Below are positions 1 through 19,863 of a stretch of 56,915 nucleotides of DNA, piece after piece. Origin of the DNA: Chromera velia (taxonomy: Eukaryota). Below the pieces are notes generated by a model. That model saw only the letters and a program-made list of their open reading frames with translations, was not told the DNA's origin and ran no database searches. Location: NCBI GenBank assembly GCA_018398765.1, contig JAHBMJ010000097.1:1-56915 (forward strand). The letters are read 5' to 3'. The stretch's first letter is position 1; the number at the start of each line of letters is the position of its first letter. The translations under genes were made by a program, and so were the position numbers.

Positions 1-1847
1 CGCGCGTAGTAAAGTCAGACCCGGTCAGGAAGTGCGTGACCGTGCGCAAATGCGAGCGACTGAGAGCAAAATGCAAAACGTGCAATTGAGCTCAAAAAGT
101 AATTCTTCACATACATGCAGAAAAATAAATGAAAGAGACTTGGATCGGAAAGAAACATTCAGAAGTACCAGGAGTGGGAATGGTGGACTGTCAGACTTTC
201 TCTCCTGTAGGTACTGGACTGAAGTACTGACTGGCTGAACTTATTGTCTCACCTAGCAGTAATATATTGCGATAGACCGTACTGGACAGAAGGGAGCCAG
301 TAGACCAAACTAGACTGGACGGGACATAAACTTCGATCTGCTGTCCCTATACAAGGTTTGCAGCCAGGGTCCTTTCGGAAAAGACATGTCCGGACCAAAA
401 GACATCGAGTTGACAGCTGGTTGGTATGCACTTGTAACAGTCGCATTAGTCTGCTTTAGATAATCCAACTAATGTCATTGAAGAGTTAACTGTATGGCTA
501 GTCAGTCAGAGAAAAGAGAGCTCTGCATACAAGGAAGGGGGTTGCACATGCAGAGAAGAAGGCAAAAAAGTGAAATCTGCATTACATTTTTCCTCCCCTC
601 TGCTTCTTTCTACACATGCTTTTGCTACCAAAGGAACCAAAACAGCCATATTTTTGCTTCAAACCTGTCGGGTAATCTTTACAAAATATAGGGGATCTTC
701 AATCAAGTATCTAATTTTTAAGATGTCCACTCTCCAGAAGATCATATGTTGCCATATAGTAATGCATTCACACAAAACATAGAAAGTGTAAGCTACGTAT
801 AGTACTAGAGGCTCAATTACGATAAGCGTAGATCATAGGCAGACTCACATTAAAGTGTGACCTAGCAAAGTCAATCTGTTGATCCACTATTCAGACCAGC
901 CAACACCATGATCGAGAGACTAACACAGAACAACTTTCGCACGCAAGGTCAGACGTCATTTTATTCAGACTGAGCGTACGCAGCATTGTGAGGTCGGCAG
1001 CGGCCCTAGCGCGGCGCGACGCTCATGACAGGCCCACAGAAAGGGTCTGCCAGAGGTATACTGTTACTTGTTTTCCTTACCCGTTACATCTGTTCGACAG
1101 AATCTGCACCCGGGCCCTGTATTATGCACAGGCAAGGTCTCTGCTGCTGAGCTGTTTTATGCAAAAATCCATAAACGTTCCGGCTTCACGGTCAAAGCAG
1201 GTGTATGGAAGCTTAACTGAGAGAGGAATGTATGTATAGATGGAGGGGTCGAGTCGGACACGCTCACGGAATTCTACTGTGCGCAGCCCCGGAAAGCACC
1301 TGTGCATACAAATTTGTATTGGGTGACTCTTCATGATTCGGATTACCTACTAGTAGTCTGCAAACAGTCAAAGTGAGAAGGGGCAACTGGATGGGTCTCT
1401 GGCTTCGGTAACAGACCCTGACTCTGGAAGCCAAACCTAGAGCTAAACATTCCAGGGTAGCTCACACAAAGTTGAAAGATCGTTGAGACAAGAACTTTCT
1501 GTCCCCCCTGCCTCTTCCATTTAATGGATAAACAGATGGCTGAATCTCCCTTCTCCACCTCACTTCGACTTATAAAACAGATTACACGTGTTGTTCTTCC
1601 GTACTTGCCTGCGTGCCTGAATGTGTACATGAATGATGAATCTATGCCTATGATGGTTAATGCATAAATGAAAACTCTCCAATTCTCCCAACTCCCTGTA
1701 GTTTACGGACTTCAGAGTCTGGATATGCCCGTCCCTGACTAACGTGTCATACTTCTCGTGTAACGCCCTCCTCTCATGGGGGCTACCAAGGCGATGTGCT
1801 GTGTCCTTCTCTGCAGACACTCTATCCTGATTTACTTTAACAGGCGG

Positions 1848-2323
1848 GACCTCCCTGAACCTAACTACCACTTAAAAGTTTAAGCCGCATTTTTGGATAA
1901 GCTGACCTCCCTGAACCTAACTACCACTTGAAAGTTCAAGCCGCATTTTTGGATAAGTTTGAAAGTCCGTGCCGCAGGCGTGGATCATTTATGGTGTTTT
2001 GAAAGCTAAAGCTGCATATCTGGACGGTGTCTTGACCATCTACGCCGCAGGCGTGAACGGTCTCTTGAAAAAGGATGCCGCAGATAGAGATGATCTTAAT
2101 TATATTTTTTCAAATGGCACTTAAGTTTAGGGAGGTTGATAAGCTTGAAAGTTTGTGCCGCAGGCGTGGATCATTGATGGTGTTTTGAAAGCTAAAGCTG
2201 CATATCTGAACGGTGTCTTGACCATCTACGGCGCAGGCATGGACGGTCTCTTGAAAAACGATGCCGCAGATAGAGATCATCTTGATTATATTTTTTCAAG
2301 TGATACTTAGGTTCAGGGAGGTT
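1848..2323 (+). mobile_element. MITE (outer copy), interrupted by a second copy of the same family
   Basis: Starts GACCTCCCTGAACCTAA and ends TTAGGTTCAGGGAGGTT (terminal inverted repeats). Flanked by ACAGGCGG (1840-1847) and GCAGGCGG (2324-2331), an 8-bp TSD with one mismatch. No coding capacity. Confidence 0.85.
1904..2137 (+). mobile_element. MITE (inner, nested copy, 234 bp)
   Basis: GACCTCCCTGAACCTAA...TTAAGTTTAGGGAGGTT, flanked by a perfect 8-bp duplication GATAAGCT (1896-1903 and 2138-2145). Confidence 0.9.
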
Positions 2324-2998
2324 GCAGGCGGGATAGGGGGGAACTGTATAGCCGGATCTGGTATGATTGAGATAAAGAGAGCAACACGGGAGGAGACGGT
2401 CTTTGATGTGCGTAAAACAACAGGATTGAATTGGAATATTACAATAAGCTTTCTCATCATAACTGCCTCGATCAGACAGACAGACAGAAAGCTGAACCTT
2501 GTAGTAACAATGTCTGACTACTGAAAGTCACATCAGAGTGAAATCCAGATCAAAGTACAAAGCAAAGCAACAAACAACACCAGAGAATCAACACTTTTCT
2601 AGGGGAAGTGCGGCGTCGACTTTTAAATTTTTTTTTTGAGTGTGGCGTCATTTTTGGGATTTTTTGGGTTATCCGACCTCGATTTGTATAGTAAATTTTC
2701 GATGTGTCCCCGCGCGTAATTCAGCCAGCTATAGCCAGCTACTATAAAAAAGCTACTTATATAATCTTATATATGCATGTGTCAGATGCATGCATCATTG
2801 CAAAAAATTCCTTACAATCGCGCCCCCAATGATAGAGGAGCTTGTTTCGGCCATTTTCGGGCCAAATTTCGGCCACGCAAAGCGAAAAGAAGTTTCGTGT
2901 GTCACTGTGTGTCTGTTCCTGCATGGCTCTACTGGATGGGAGGAGGCGGGAGGTGATTGATTGATGTTTCTCTCCCTTGAATGAAGCAGTTCGATTAA

Positions 2999-7454
<4,456 letters not shown>

Positions 7455-8683
7455 CTGATTTGATCGAATGATTGATCTAATGATTGAAGGGTCAAATTGA
7501 TTCCTTCCTTCTGCCTTTCTTTCGGTCCACTGGAGGGAGGGAGAGGGAGGGAGGGAGGGTGAAAGAAAGAAAGAAGGGGTAAATCCCACGGATCCGGTTG
7601 GGGGCGGGGACAGGTTCATCGCTCGACTGATGCACTGACTGACTGACACACGGTCACGGACCAATGAAATGAGAAGCCAATACGTAGAGAGGCAGAATAG
7701 GGGGCGACCTGATCTGCGCTGCATGCATTTACGACAGGAATGCACACACACTCACTCACTCACACACACACACTCACACTCACGCACGCGTCCGACTCGA
7801 TCCGATCGATGGGCCATCCATCAACGCAAATTCAGCCCAAGGTCGGAATTCACAACCGCACTGTTGCCCTACGCTCTTCCACACATCACTATATCCATGA
7901 ATTCACGTGCATGCTTTCAAGCAGAATCAAAGTGAATTGCCGCGGGGACGTGCCTTGCTGCATGCGAAAAGGCCTTGTGGTGGAGGCGGCACTTGGCAGC
8001 TCGTCGATTGGCTCGAAATCAATCAAAGGAGGTGCCCTGTGCCCTCCTTTACTATAACGGCATCCATGGATACAGATTCTGCGTCGGATACAGTACTAGA
8101 TACAGTAACATCATTGTTCCCCTCTTGGTGAAAATTCCCTGGCATCATATATGCTAGCCTATATATATAGGTCCCATCATTATATATTATGATGATGTAT
8201 TGCATGTAACTTAATCCTAAACTTACTGATCGAGCTAGTGATCGAGGCGCGTAGTAAACCACATTCGTATTTATACAATTTTGGTTAAATGTTTATGAAA
8301 AGCTACTTATAGTCTAGCTTATAGTTGTAATTGGTCTATATCAGTGGGATAACTTAAACCTCATTTTCCTGATAATTATTTTTTTATAACCATTATTTAA
8401 AGAATAATAATTATTTTGATCATGAACAAAAATACGTTTCACAAGCCTTAGTGGGCTTAATCAAAGTTTTAAAACACATTATTTTAAGAACTTTGATTCG
8501 TTTTTCACCAAAAAACACGCCATAAATCTAACAAAATTTTATGGTAAAGTTGAGGCCCTTGAGGGTTTTGCATAATTATTATGGCTTATTATCAGTTTAA
8601 GATAATTATTATTGCTATTATCTAAATAATGGCCTTATTTCCTCCCCCATGAATGTGTGCTCTGGGTTGTCCTCATTGACTCC

Positions 8684-9221
8684 TGATGAATCCGCTAGTG
8701 GGCAAGCTAGCGAGCTATACGGGGCTCTACATACACACAACTTACTTGAGTCTACTTCAGTATTCGTTTGTCGGGTCCTTCATCGTCACTTCGAGTCGTT
8801 CTGGTAAGATCCTTTCTGTATGGCTTGTCAAGTAATTCTGGCTTCGCATGTATGCACGTCTGTATCGCTTTCTAAGTGAATCCAGATATAAACATGGATT
8901 CAACGTCATGTCTGTTTCTATCTTTCCATCTCTGTATGTTTACGCTTTATGCTTCTTTCTGATACTAAGATCAGTCTCACTTCTATTACTATCTGTTGTT
9001 GATATGTTGCTTTGACAGTGTTGCTACAACTGTGTTGTTTGCACCGTTAAGGCTGCCGCACGCCTGACGCACGCTCGGCGGGCTGTCCGTTCTGTGGGTC
9101 CGCTCCCGCGCGCGCCTGACGCACGCTCCGCGGGCCGTTCGTTCTATGGGTCCGCTCCCGCGGCCGCGCACGCCTGGCCCATCCCACGGCCCGTCACCAC
9201 TTTCTGAATTAGGGCACAACA
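8684..9221 (-). repeat. 3' LTR (538 bp)
   Basis: Direct repeat of 14009-14546 with 27 substitutions by manual alignment. Contains a GC-rich internal tandem duplication (CGCCTGACGCACGCTC...GGGTCCGCTCCCGCG). Confidence 0.97.
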
Positions 9222-9240
9222 ACCACTCCCCCCCCTAACT
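9222..9240 (-). other. Polypurine tract
   Basis: G-run purine tract on the minus strand (plus strand accactcc...ctaact) directly abutting the 3' LTR. Confidence 0.85.
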
Positions 9241-9399
9241 CTGCTCGTCCTCAAGCAGATTATGAAAAGAAAAGGACACAAGTCAACATGACATAAACCA
9301 CTTGACCTTCGGGCCTCCCGATATCCTGCCAGGTCTGCCAATCCATCAATGAATATCAACGCAACGGGGGAAATTCAATGAAATGACCAAGCGAAGTTA

Positions 9400-9560
9400 A
9401 TTAACTTGACACATGACTCTTTCTTTCTCCTTCTCAAAGTCCCGAACAAGATCAGGGGCCTCCACCTCCTCTTCTAGTATCCATGCGAAGGTACCGTTGT
9501 CGAACGAGACCCGGTACTCTTTCATTCCTTCTTTTTCTCAAACAACCAGAATGTAGGTGG
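9400..9560 (-). pseudogene. Chromodomain-like C-terminus of integrase
   Basis: Manual translation gives [53 protein letters not shown]. The EYxV...W..EE.V.APDLV..F pattern resembles retroelement chromodomains. Confidence 0.6.
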
Positions 9561-9961
9561 GCTAAGGTTTCTCTCTCTTCTTGTTTTCAGCACTGCTTTC
9601 TTTCACTTCTTCTTTCTCCACCTCCAATTTATCCTCCAATCCTAATTCATCCAAAAGGTCGTCCTTATCGGGGTCTTCTCCGACCCGGAAAGATGACTTA
9701 GGGGTGCCTAGGGGAATTCTCTCTCCCCTTTCCTTCTCAACGGCTGACGTCCTTTCCTCAGTCTCTCTCTCTCCTCTCTTCACCGGCTGCTATAACATCA
9801 AACAATCCATGCTAATGACGTTTCTCTCTTTAAATTTCCTCCCAGAGGGTGAATGACAGCAATATGCGGTCGGTTGTGAGGAACCGCAACCACTACGAAT
9901 GTCTGCCCCTCTTCAAATTTCGTTACAAATTTCGGTTGTTTCCCCAAATTCGGCGTTGGCT

Positions 9962-11596
9962 TCAGAGAAGTATACAATCTCCTGGACGGAATTTCTCTGT
10001 CATCTGAGGGGGATTCCTGTATTCTCTTGCCTGCCTTTCCCTTTCTGCCCTTCCTCTTGCCTTGTCAACTCTCTCAATCCGTTCCTGCCTGATGAATCCT
10101 GCATACTCGTCGTAACAGACAGGCGGTGCTCTCGCACCTTCGGGAACGGGCGTGACCCGAAGAATGCTCTGAGGGTCATACGCGAACACAAGACCAAAGG
10201 GAAAGTACCCTGTCTCTGCATGCTCCGTCGTTCTGTAGGAGGCTAGGAAGGGCTGTAGATACAAGTCCCAATCCCACCTCTCTTCATCAAGCTGTTTCTC
10301 TAACCCCTGCACTAAGGTTTGGTTGAATCTCTCTGGGATCGCGTTGCCCTGTGGATGGTAGCTGGTAGTGGTCAAGTGACGGGCTTTCACCAGCTTGAGC
10401 AACTCTTACACAATCTCTGTAAGAAAATTCGTTCCTCAGCCAGAAACAAGGGTCTCAATAAATCTATACCGACAGATGATTTCTTCGAAGAGGATCTTCG
10501 CGACCTTCCAAGCAGGGACCTCAGGCAATGTAAATACCTCAGGCCATCGGGTCAAAGCGCACGTGATGACAAGCATGAATCGGTTCCCCCTCCTGGACAT
10601 TGGAACGGGGCCGACCGTATCGATGCCGACTCGCTGGAACGGTCGGGAGGGAACGGGAAGAGTCTGTGGGTTTCGGCTCTTCGGCTAATTCTTTCTCTCT
10701 TGACACGGTCGGCACTTGTACACCCACTCACGTGCGTCTTTTCTCAAACGGGGCCACCAGAATTCAGCGAAGAGTTGCTGAGAAAGTTTCTTGACTGCTG
10801 GGTGCCTGCCTATTGGGTGGTCATGATGCATAGTCAGGACGGTGCCCCTCAACACCGGAGGGACATATAGCTGCTCAGCCCCCCCCTTTTCATATCGATA
10901 GAGGAGCCTGTCCCTGATATCAAACGAATCCTCCTGCGCCATCACATTCTTGCGTCGGCTCATCTCCACTGGGAGTGTTCCTTCCTGCAAGTACCTGAAC
11001 AGATCAGAGGCAAAGGGATCAGAGGGAAGCATAGCCTTCACTTTATCCAAAAAGGGAACTGCCGCTGCCAGAGAGCTGACGCCCCCTACCTCTACCCCTA
11101 CAATCGATGCCTCCAGACTTGAACGAATCGGGATGCTCCCATCTACGGGGAGGTTGCAATGCCTGTAAAAAGGGGCTCCTGTGTCCACACTGTGCTCTGC
11201 AGGAAGCGGCACGCGCGAAAAGGAATCGGTATCTGCATGGGCTTTCCCATCCTTATAAAAAAATTTCGGTGCGTACTCCTGCAAAGCCCGAGCCCATTTC
11301 CCCACTCTCTCATTCGCCAGTTTGTTCTTCTTCATCGCTAGGTTCGGTTTGTGATCTGTTTGGACAAACACCACGCTGCCCAGCAGGTAGTGCCTCCACT
11401 GTTGGCAGCAGTAGACTGTTGCCAATGTCTTCCTCTCGTGTGCTCTGTACTTTGGTTCTGCTCCCACAAGCGCCCTGCTCGCATACGCCACCATTCTCTC
11501 TTTCTCATCCCTTACTTGCACAAGAACCCCCCCGATGGACACCTGACTAGCGTCCGGCTTTACGATAAATGGAGAACGCATGTCAGGGAAGGTCAT
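9962..11596 (-). pseudogene. pol: RNase H and integrase (frameshifted)
   Basis: RNase H motifs PDASQVSIGGVLVQ, AYASRAL and QTDHKP. Integrase zinc finger HHDHPIGRH...CRPCQ. Core motifs TTSYHPQGNAIPERFNQTL and YRTTEHAETGYFPF. Confidence 0.95.
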
Positions 11597-11656
11597 GATC
11601 GGAGGCTCGGTAAGTCTCCGACGCAGGTCCTGAAAAGCTTCGTCTGCTGCTGTTGT

Positions 11657-13943
<2,287 letters not shown>

Positions 13944-13996
13944 ACCGAGAATGGCGCGAAAAAGAAAGGGTGCAGAGGTCCTTCAGATCGGGAATG

Positions 13997-14007
13997 CTCT
14001 GCTACCA
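13997..14007 (-). other. Primer-binding site for initiator tRNA-Met
   Basis: Minus strand TGGTAGCAGAG, 1 nt from the 5' LTR, complementary to the ...CUCUGCUACCA 3' end of eukaryotic tRNAi-Met. Confidence 0.85.
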
Positions 14008-14008
14008 C

Positions 14009-14546
14009 TGATGATTCCGCTAGTGGGCAAGCTAGCGAGCTATATGGGGCTCTACATACACACAACTTACTTGAGTCTACTTCGGTATTCGTCTGTCGGG
14101 CCCTTCATCGTCACTTCGAGTCGTTCTGGTAAGATCCTTTCTGTATAGCTTGTCAAGTAATTCTGGCTTCGCATGTATGCACGTCTGTATCGCTTTCTAA
14201 GTGAATCCAGATACAAACATGGATTCAACGTCACGTCTGTTTCCATCTTTCCATCTCTGTATGTTCACGCTTTATGCTTCTTTCTGATACTAAGATCAGT
14301 CTCACTTCTGTTGCCATCTGTTGTTGATGTGTTGCTTTGACAGTGTTGCTGCAACTGTGTTGTTTGCACCATTAAGGCTGCCGCACGCCTAATGCACGCT
14401 CGGCGGGCTATCCGTTCTGTGGGTCTGCTCCCGCGCGCGCCTGACGCACGCTCGGCGGGCCGTCCGTTCTGTGGGTCCGCTCCCGCGGCCGCGCACGCCT
14501 GGCCCGTCCCACGGCCCGTCGCCGCTTTCTGAATTAGGACACAACA
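14009..14546 (-). repeat. 5' LTR (538 bp)
   Basis: Direct repeat of 8684-9221, adjacent to the PBS and the TSD. Confidence 0.97.
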
Positions 14547-15613
14547 ACTCCTCAAAGCCTTGCTAGTGGCTTGGGATTTAGCGTCACTAAATCTAGGATT
14601 TAACCCTCAATCATCATATCACATCACATCACATCATTTCAATAATCATTATTGAGTTATCTCAGTGATGTAGTAACTGGTGCTAGAATTTATGTTTAAC
14701 TTTAATTAATTAAAGTCTGCATGTTACTAAGCTTTCTAGTAAGCTTTAAAATTTAAATGTTTGTATAGAGAAGTTTTAAGAGAACCAGGTAAAGAATTTT
14801 TATGCATACAATTAAGACTATACAGTTGTGTAGACTAGTTTCTAGATCGACAACGACTAGACATGTAAACCATTAATTTATACTTAGCTGTTTATTCGTT
14901 TTTTTTCCTTAGCTAGTTCTTCAGTGAGGCTCATGGGGGGCAGTGACTTAAAGTTTGGCTCATGCAGTCAAATTTAACAACTGTTGTCTGAGTCTAGGTC
15001 TGAGCGTTATGCAAGTGTTATTCACGTGTTACAGAACTGTTGCTACATGTTGTTTATAGGTACGTTAAAAAAGTAAAAAAAACCAGTTAAAAAAAAAAAA
15101 GAAAATTAAAAATTAAACAACAGTTTAAAAAACTTAATTGAATTAAAGATCTCCTCTGATCACCGATTTTTTTTTTTTTTTTACGCTGAAAATTAATTTA
15201 TGCATGCAGCACCATGCATATAGTCCCGGGAATCCTGGCCACTAGCCCGGCAATCTTGCATGGGATTCTTGGCATGATTAAATTTTATCTAGGATTTTAT
15301 ATATTAAAGTAAAACTATAGTAGTACTATAATTTAGACTATAATTATAGAAACTAGACTTAAAGAACGCTTTTCGACTAACTCAAAATCTAGCTCAAAAT
15401 TTAATGAAAAAAGACTACAACTTGGACTAGAAGTAAAATTTACTATACTCTGAAACTTAAACTTACAATATCTTACAATGCTGTTTACTGTAAAATTTTA
15501 ATTATGTGAAACATTCAATGTGGTTAGTTTGGGGGTCAGTCATCGCCAAGGTCATTGCATGCAGTGACTGGTTTAACCGCCGTAATGACTGGTTTGAAAA
15601 AATATAGAACGAA

Positions 15614-18600
15614 CTAAAACGAGCTGCTTGGCCTGGAGACTACCGAGTCTCTGTCTTCTTCTTCGGCGCTTGCGCTCTGACTTTCTTGTCCCAACCTCTC
15701 TCCGGACCGCCTTTGCAGCAGCACGGACGTTGCTTCTTGACCTCTGGAGTGAGATCGCCCTTGTATTGTGGGCTCAGGAAGGCCTCTGCCGTCTCTGCCG
15801 TCTACACCGACCCCGGCTCCCCCAATGGGCACTGGAGGAGGCGGGGGGGCCGCTCGAGGGGCAGCAGAGAGAGACCCTCGAGAGGCGTGGCCTTGAAGCT
15901 GTCCCGGAACCCCCGGGGTGTCCCTAGGTGGCAGGGCCGCCTGACCGGCAGCAGCAGCCGCCGCCGAGGTGGACACGGCAGCTGCAGGCACCGGGGTGGT
16001 GCGTGTGGAGACTCTCCGCTCTGTCTGCCGGACGTTGACCTCCACGAAATATCTGCAGAAAGAAAGAAAGAGACACATGGACGCCGTGTGTGATCTGTTT
16101 TCAGTCTGATGTGGACGAGCTCTCTCTCCATCTCATCTGACGGAATGTCTTCTTTCATCTCTCTCTTGGCTCATCTCTCTCCCCCCCTCTCTCTCTCTCT
16201 CTCCCTCCCTCCCTCCCTCCCTCCCTCCCTGACCAGCAAAACATCAGAGAATACACAGAGAGAACCCGCAAGAGAAAGCAAATCTCCCCCTTCTGTCCTT
16301 CCCCGCCCCCTTACCCACCCGAGGCGATCTGCAACGAGTGTCGTTGGAGGAGTGATTCGCACAGGCTGCCTTGCTGCTTGACCGCCTCCTTCCCTGTCTA
16401 CAGAATCCCTTGGAAGCTCTGCTGCAGCTCCACCACCCCCCCCAGGAAGTCCAAATCCCTCTTGGCGCCTACTCTCGTCTCTTTCCCCAGAGGGCATCCT
16501 TCTCTCTTCTGATGACTTTCCTCTTCCTTGCCCAGATTCGACGACTTTCTGCGGTCTCCCTCGTGCACTCTCTCTCTCCTTCTCCACGCTCCCACCACCT
16601 CCGACAGCTGGAGTTCTTCCAACCCCACCACTTCCAGTGCTGCTGTCTGCATCCCAGAACACGCGGCTGTCCTCTGCAGCACGCGACTCGGCAGAAACGA
16701 AAGAGGCAAACGAAGACGAACTCCCCCCCCCCTCCCGACTTCCACGCGGACCTCTTTGCACGTCTCGTGGGACTCTCCGGCTGCTCACTCCATCGTCATG
16801 AGCAACAGCACCTGACGCACGCGGAGACCGTGGAGAATAAAATCCGTCTCTTTCAATCAAATTGCCCTTCTCTCTATCCTCCCCCTTCCTTTCATTCTCG
16901 TCCTCTCCATCTTGCATTTGTCCTCTTTCTCCCCGACAACTACCTCCTTCTTCTTCTTCCTGTGCAGAAACGAACCTCTCCCTTTCCCTCCCACCCCTTC
17001 CATCAAAATCATGCACACTTCGTCCAGACAGATTCGAAACGTGACCTCTCTCTCCTATAGCCTCCATTGCACCTTCCTCCGCCCTATTTCGGGACAGAGC
17101 TGCTTGCAAGGAAACCGGAGATTGCTCCCTCTCCCCTCCCCGCAGCAAACCCAAATTCACCCCTCCCCCTCCAACTGCAGAACGATGCAACACCGCAGCA
17201 GATGACGAACCCGCACACGCAGCAGCAGACACAGCAACATGATGAGATGGCGGATGGTCAATAGAGCCCCCCGGCGGTCGGAACCTTCCAATGGCATCAA
17301 AAGAGTCCACTGCGCCAACAGCGGCAGCAGCAGCAGACCCTGAGGACACCAGGAGGTCACCTCTATTCCCCCCACTCACATACCTTTCCCCCTCGCCCAT
17401 ACCACCCCCCACCGCTCCCGACGGCTGAGAGGGACTTCGGGGCTCTTCAACGAGTGACAGCGGCTCTTCCTGTCCCGTGCCCGCAGACAACGGGGCAAGA
17501 TCGCCTGACCGCATGGAAACGTTTTCCTCCTCTCCCTCTCCCTCTTCGGCAAGTTGTTCATCCTCTCCCTCCCCTCCACCCTCACCTCCATCCTCTCTAT
17601 CGCACTCACACTCTTCATCCTCTTCCCCCCCCCAGCCTTCTCCAGACACACGCGAACCCGCGCCTTCATCGGGCCAATCCCACCCAAATCCCGGGCCCCC
17701 AGTCCACATCGGAGGCATGCCGGGGCCCCGCCCCCCAGAGACGGCAGGGGGGGGGGGGACCCCATGCCCCTCCCTCTCGCCCTCCTGTCCACGATGAATA
17801 CCCTCCCACATATCCCCTCTCCCTCTCCCAACCCCCCCTCCAAATTCACATTCACGGGGGCCCATCCGAGACGACGAAACACCTAGCCCCGCCCCAGTAT
17901 GCCGGGCATGCCGCAACCCTAGAACGGGAACCCCCCCACCGACACCCCGGAGAACTCCCCCCCCGTTGTTGGGTGTGGGAGGTCGATGGGAAGGATGGGA
18001 AGTGAGACCTGGACCGCTGCCCGGGGGGGGACCGGGGGCCGGACTTCGCCTCAACCGAAGCTCACCCCCTCCTGGCTGCATGCGCCGATTCACTCGCCAT
18101 CGGCGGTCTGACGAAGCCGCAGAAGACGACAACTCATCTTCCCCGCCCCCCACTGCTTTCCTTCCCGACGTAGAAGGACCCCCCCTTGACATCATCGCAC
18201 CGTGCGACGGTCTGCGCTTCCTCTCTGCCCCCCCTCCTCTTCTTGCCGGGTCTCTGGAAGAACCGGAAGAAGAGGGGAGACGTGAACGCACAGGCTCGAC
18301 CGGTGCGACTGCAGGGGGAGAGGACGTTGCGAGAGGAGGCAGGGGTCTTGAGGGGTGCCCGAGGGTTCCTTGCAGCTGATGCATTCCGCTTCTGTCTGCA
18401 TGCCCTAATTGCAGAGCATGAAGAGGAATGGGTGCGGAGGCGGGGGGGCCCAAAGGAACCGCAGAGTGTGTGGGGGCTTGGCAACGAGTCACGACAACAT
18501 TCTTTCCCCCCCCCGCACCTGTTCCGAGTTGAACAGGAGCGGCAGGAGGGGAGGCAGCTGCAGGGGCAGGAGGGGAGGGGGTCTGCGTGCGCTCCTCTGG

Positions 18601-19863
18601 AACAGACAATCCCCCACCTGAAGCGGTCGCAAAAGGGGAAGCGGCAGGAGGCGTGGGCGAAAGCGACGGGACTGGTGCCCGCGTGCCTATCATACCCCCC
18701 CGTCCCCCTCCCCCTCCCCCTCCTCCTCCTCCTCCTGCCCCCCCCCGCCCGCGTGCTCCCCGTGTCTCTACTGCGGGTTGTCTTTGATTCCTCCCCTCTT
18801 GGATCTTTTCATACACCCACATGTCAACAACACCCAACACGATAATGAAAACGAAGACAGAACACCCGGTCAATACGCAGGTGAGTAAAAGATATGAAAT
18901 CCAAAAGTTCTCCCTCATGAACCATCGAACACCAGTAAGATGGTTCTCAAGGGTAACAACCCCATCAACAACAGTCAGGGGTGGCGTCATCTTCACAACT
19001 GCACGATGCAGCTGGTGGGGCCGAACAAGAGGGAGGGAATCCAACACACGGACTCTCACTGCTTGACCATCTCGGGCAAAACCAGTGAGAATGGGAAAAA
19101 ACCAAAACAATTCCACCATCTTCTTCCGCCATCTTGCCAAGTGTTGCGGAATGAAAGGCTTGGCAGAGTGTCCCACCCTCGCCCCTGTCTCATCAAAGAG
19201 CTCGATAGAGAACATCGCAGCCTCCATTTTGCTATTCCGTTCGGTATTCGGCAAAAAGCACTCCACCAAAATATCATAATCGTACCCAAGTGCCTTTAAA
19301 GCCGTCCTGTCTGGGAACCCAAAGTCCTCCTCTGAAGGACTGTATGCCCACCCTCTCTTTGTGAACCGCACATCTGCTTGAACAGTCGGGTTCACGAAAG
19401 GCACCCCGACACTCTTCCTCAGAGCATCGTCACCTGCAACACCCCCCTCCCCTGCCTTCGGAAACATGAGAGAAAGGTCATGCGACGGATGGAAGTCTGC
19501 TACTCCATATCCCTGCAGTCGCATGAGGTCAAAGTCCATCAATTGAAAGGCTCTGCTGGCATACTGTCGGTAGTCGAAGTTCAGCTGAAACCTCTGGAGC
19601 CTTTGGGGAATCACCAACCAGTAAAGGAGGCTATAGGATAGACTCCAGAACACAAAGGCACCAACGGCAAAGCCAATAATGACAGACAGGTGGAGGAACA
19701 CCACCGACGAGATCCAGAACAGATTGTACGTCGCATCTGCCCCGCCGTGTACGATCGTTCTCAACTCCTGCAGCCGTCGGTCAGTGACTTCTCGGAATGC
19801 AGTCACGTACGTCTGGATGATCTGGTTCACATACTGACGGGGAGATACAAGCAGCCTGAGCAT
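15614..19863 (-). CDS. Seipin (lipid-droplet biogenesis protein) with a long Gly/Ser/Pro/Glu-rich C-terminal extension; two exons (19863-16319, 16052-15614)
   Basis: Two TM segments flank a lumenal domain with seipin-like motifs YDILVECFLPNTERNSKMEAAMFSIEL and LTGVRWFMRENFWISYLL. A phase-2 intron at 16053-16318 (GTGGGT...TTCTGCAG on the minus strand) joins the last exon in frame. Confidence 0.8.

Noticed and set aside
150..1840. Possible decayed coding sequence or transposase next to the MITEs
   Set aside because: Several frames look protein-like but are full of stops, and no motif or strand could be assigned.
1848..2323. CRISPR-like or simple tandem repeat
   Set aside because: Fully explained by nested MITEs with TSDs; there are no unique spacers.
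16371..19641. Multiple plus-strand ORFs
   Set aside because: Antisense shadows of the GC-rich seipin exon.
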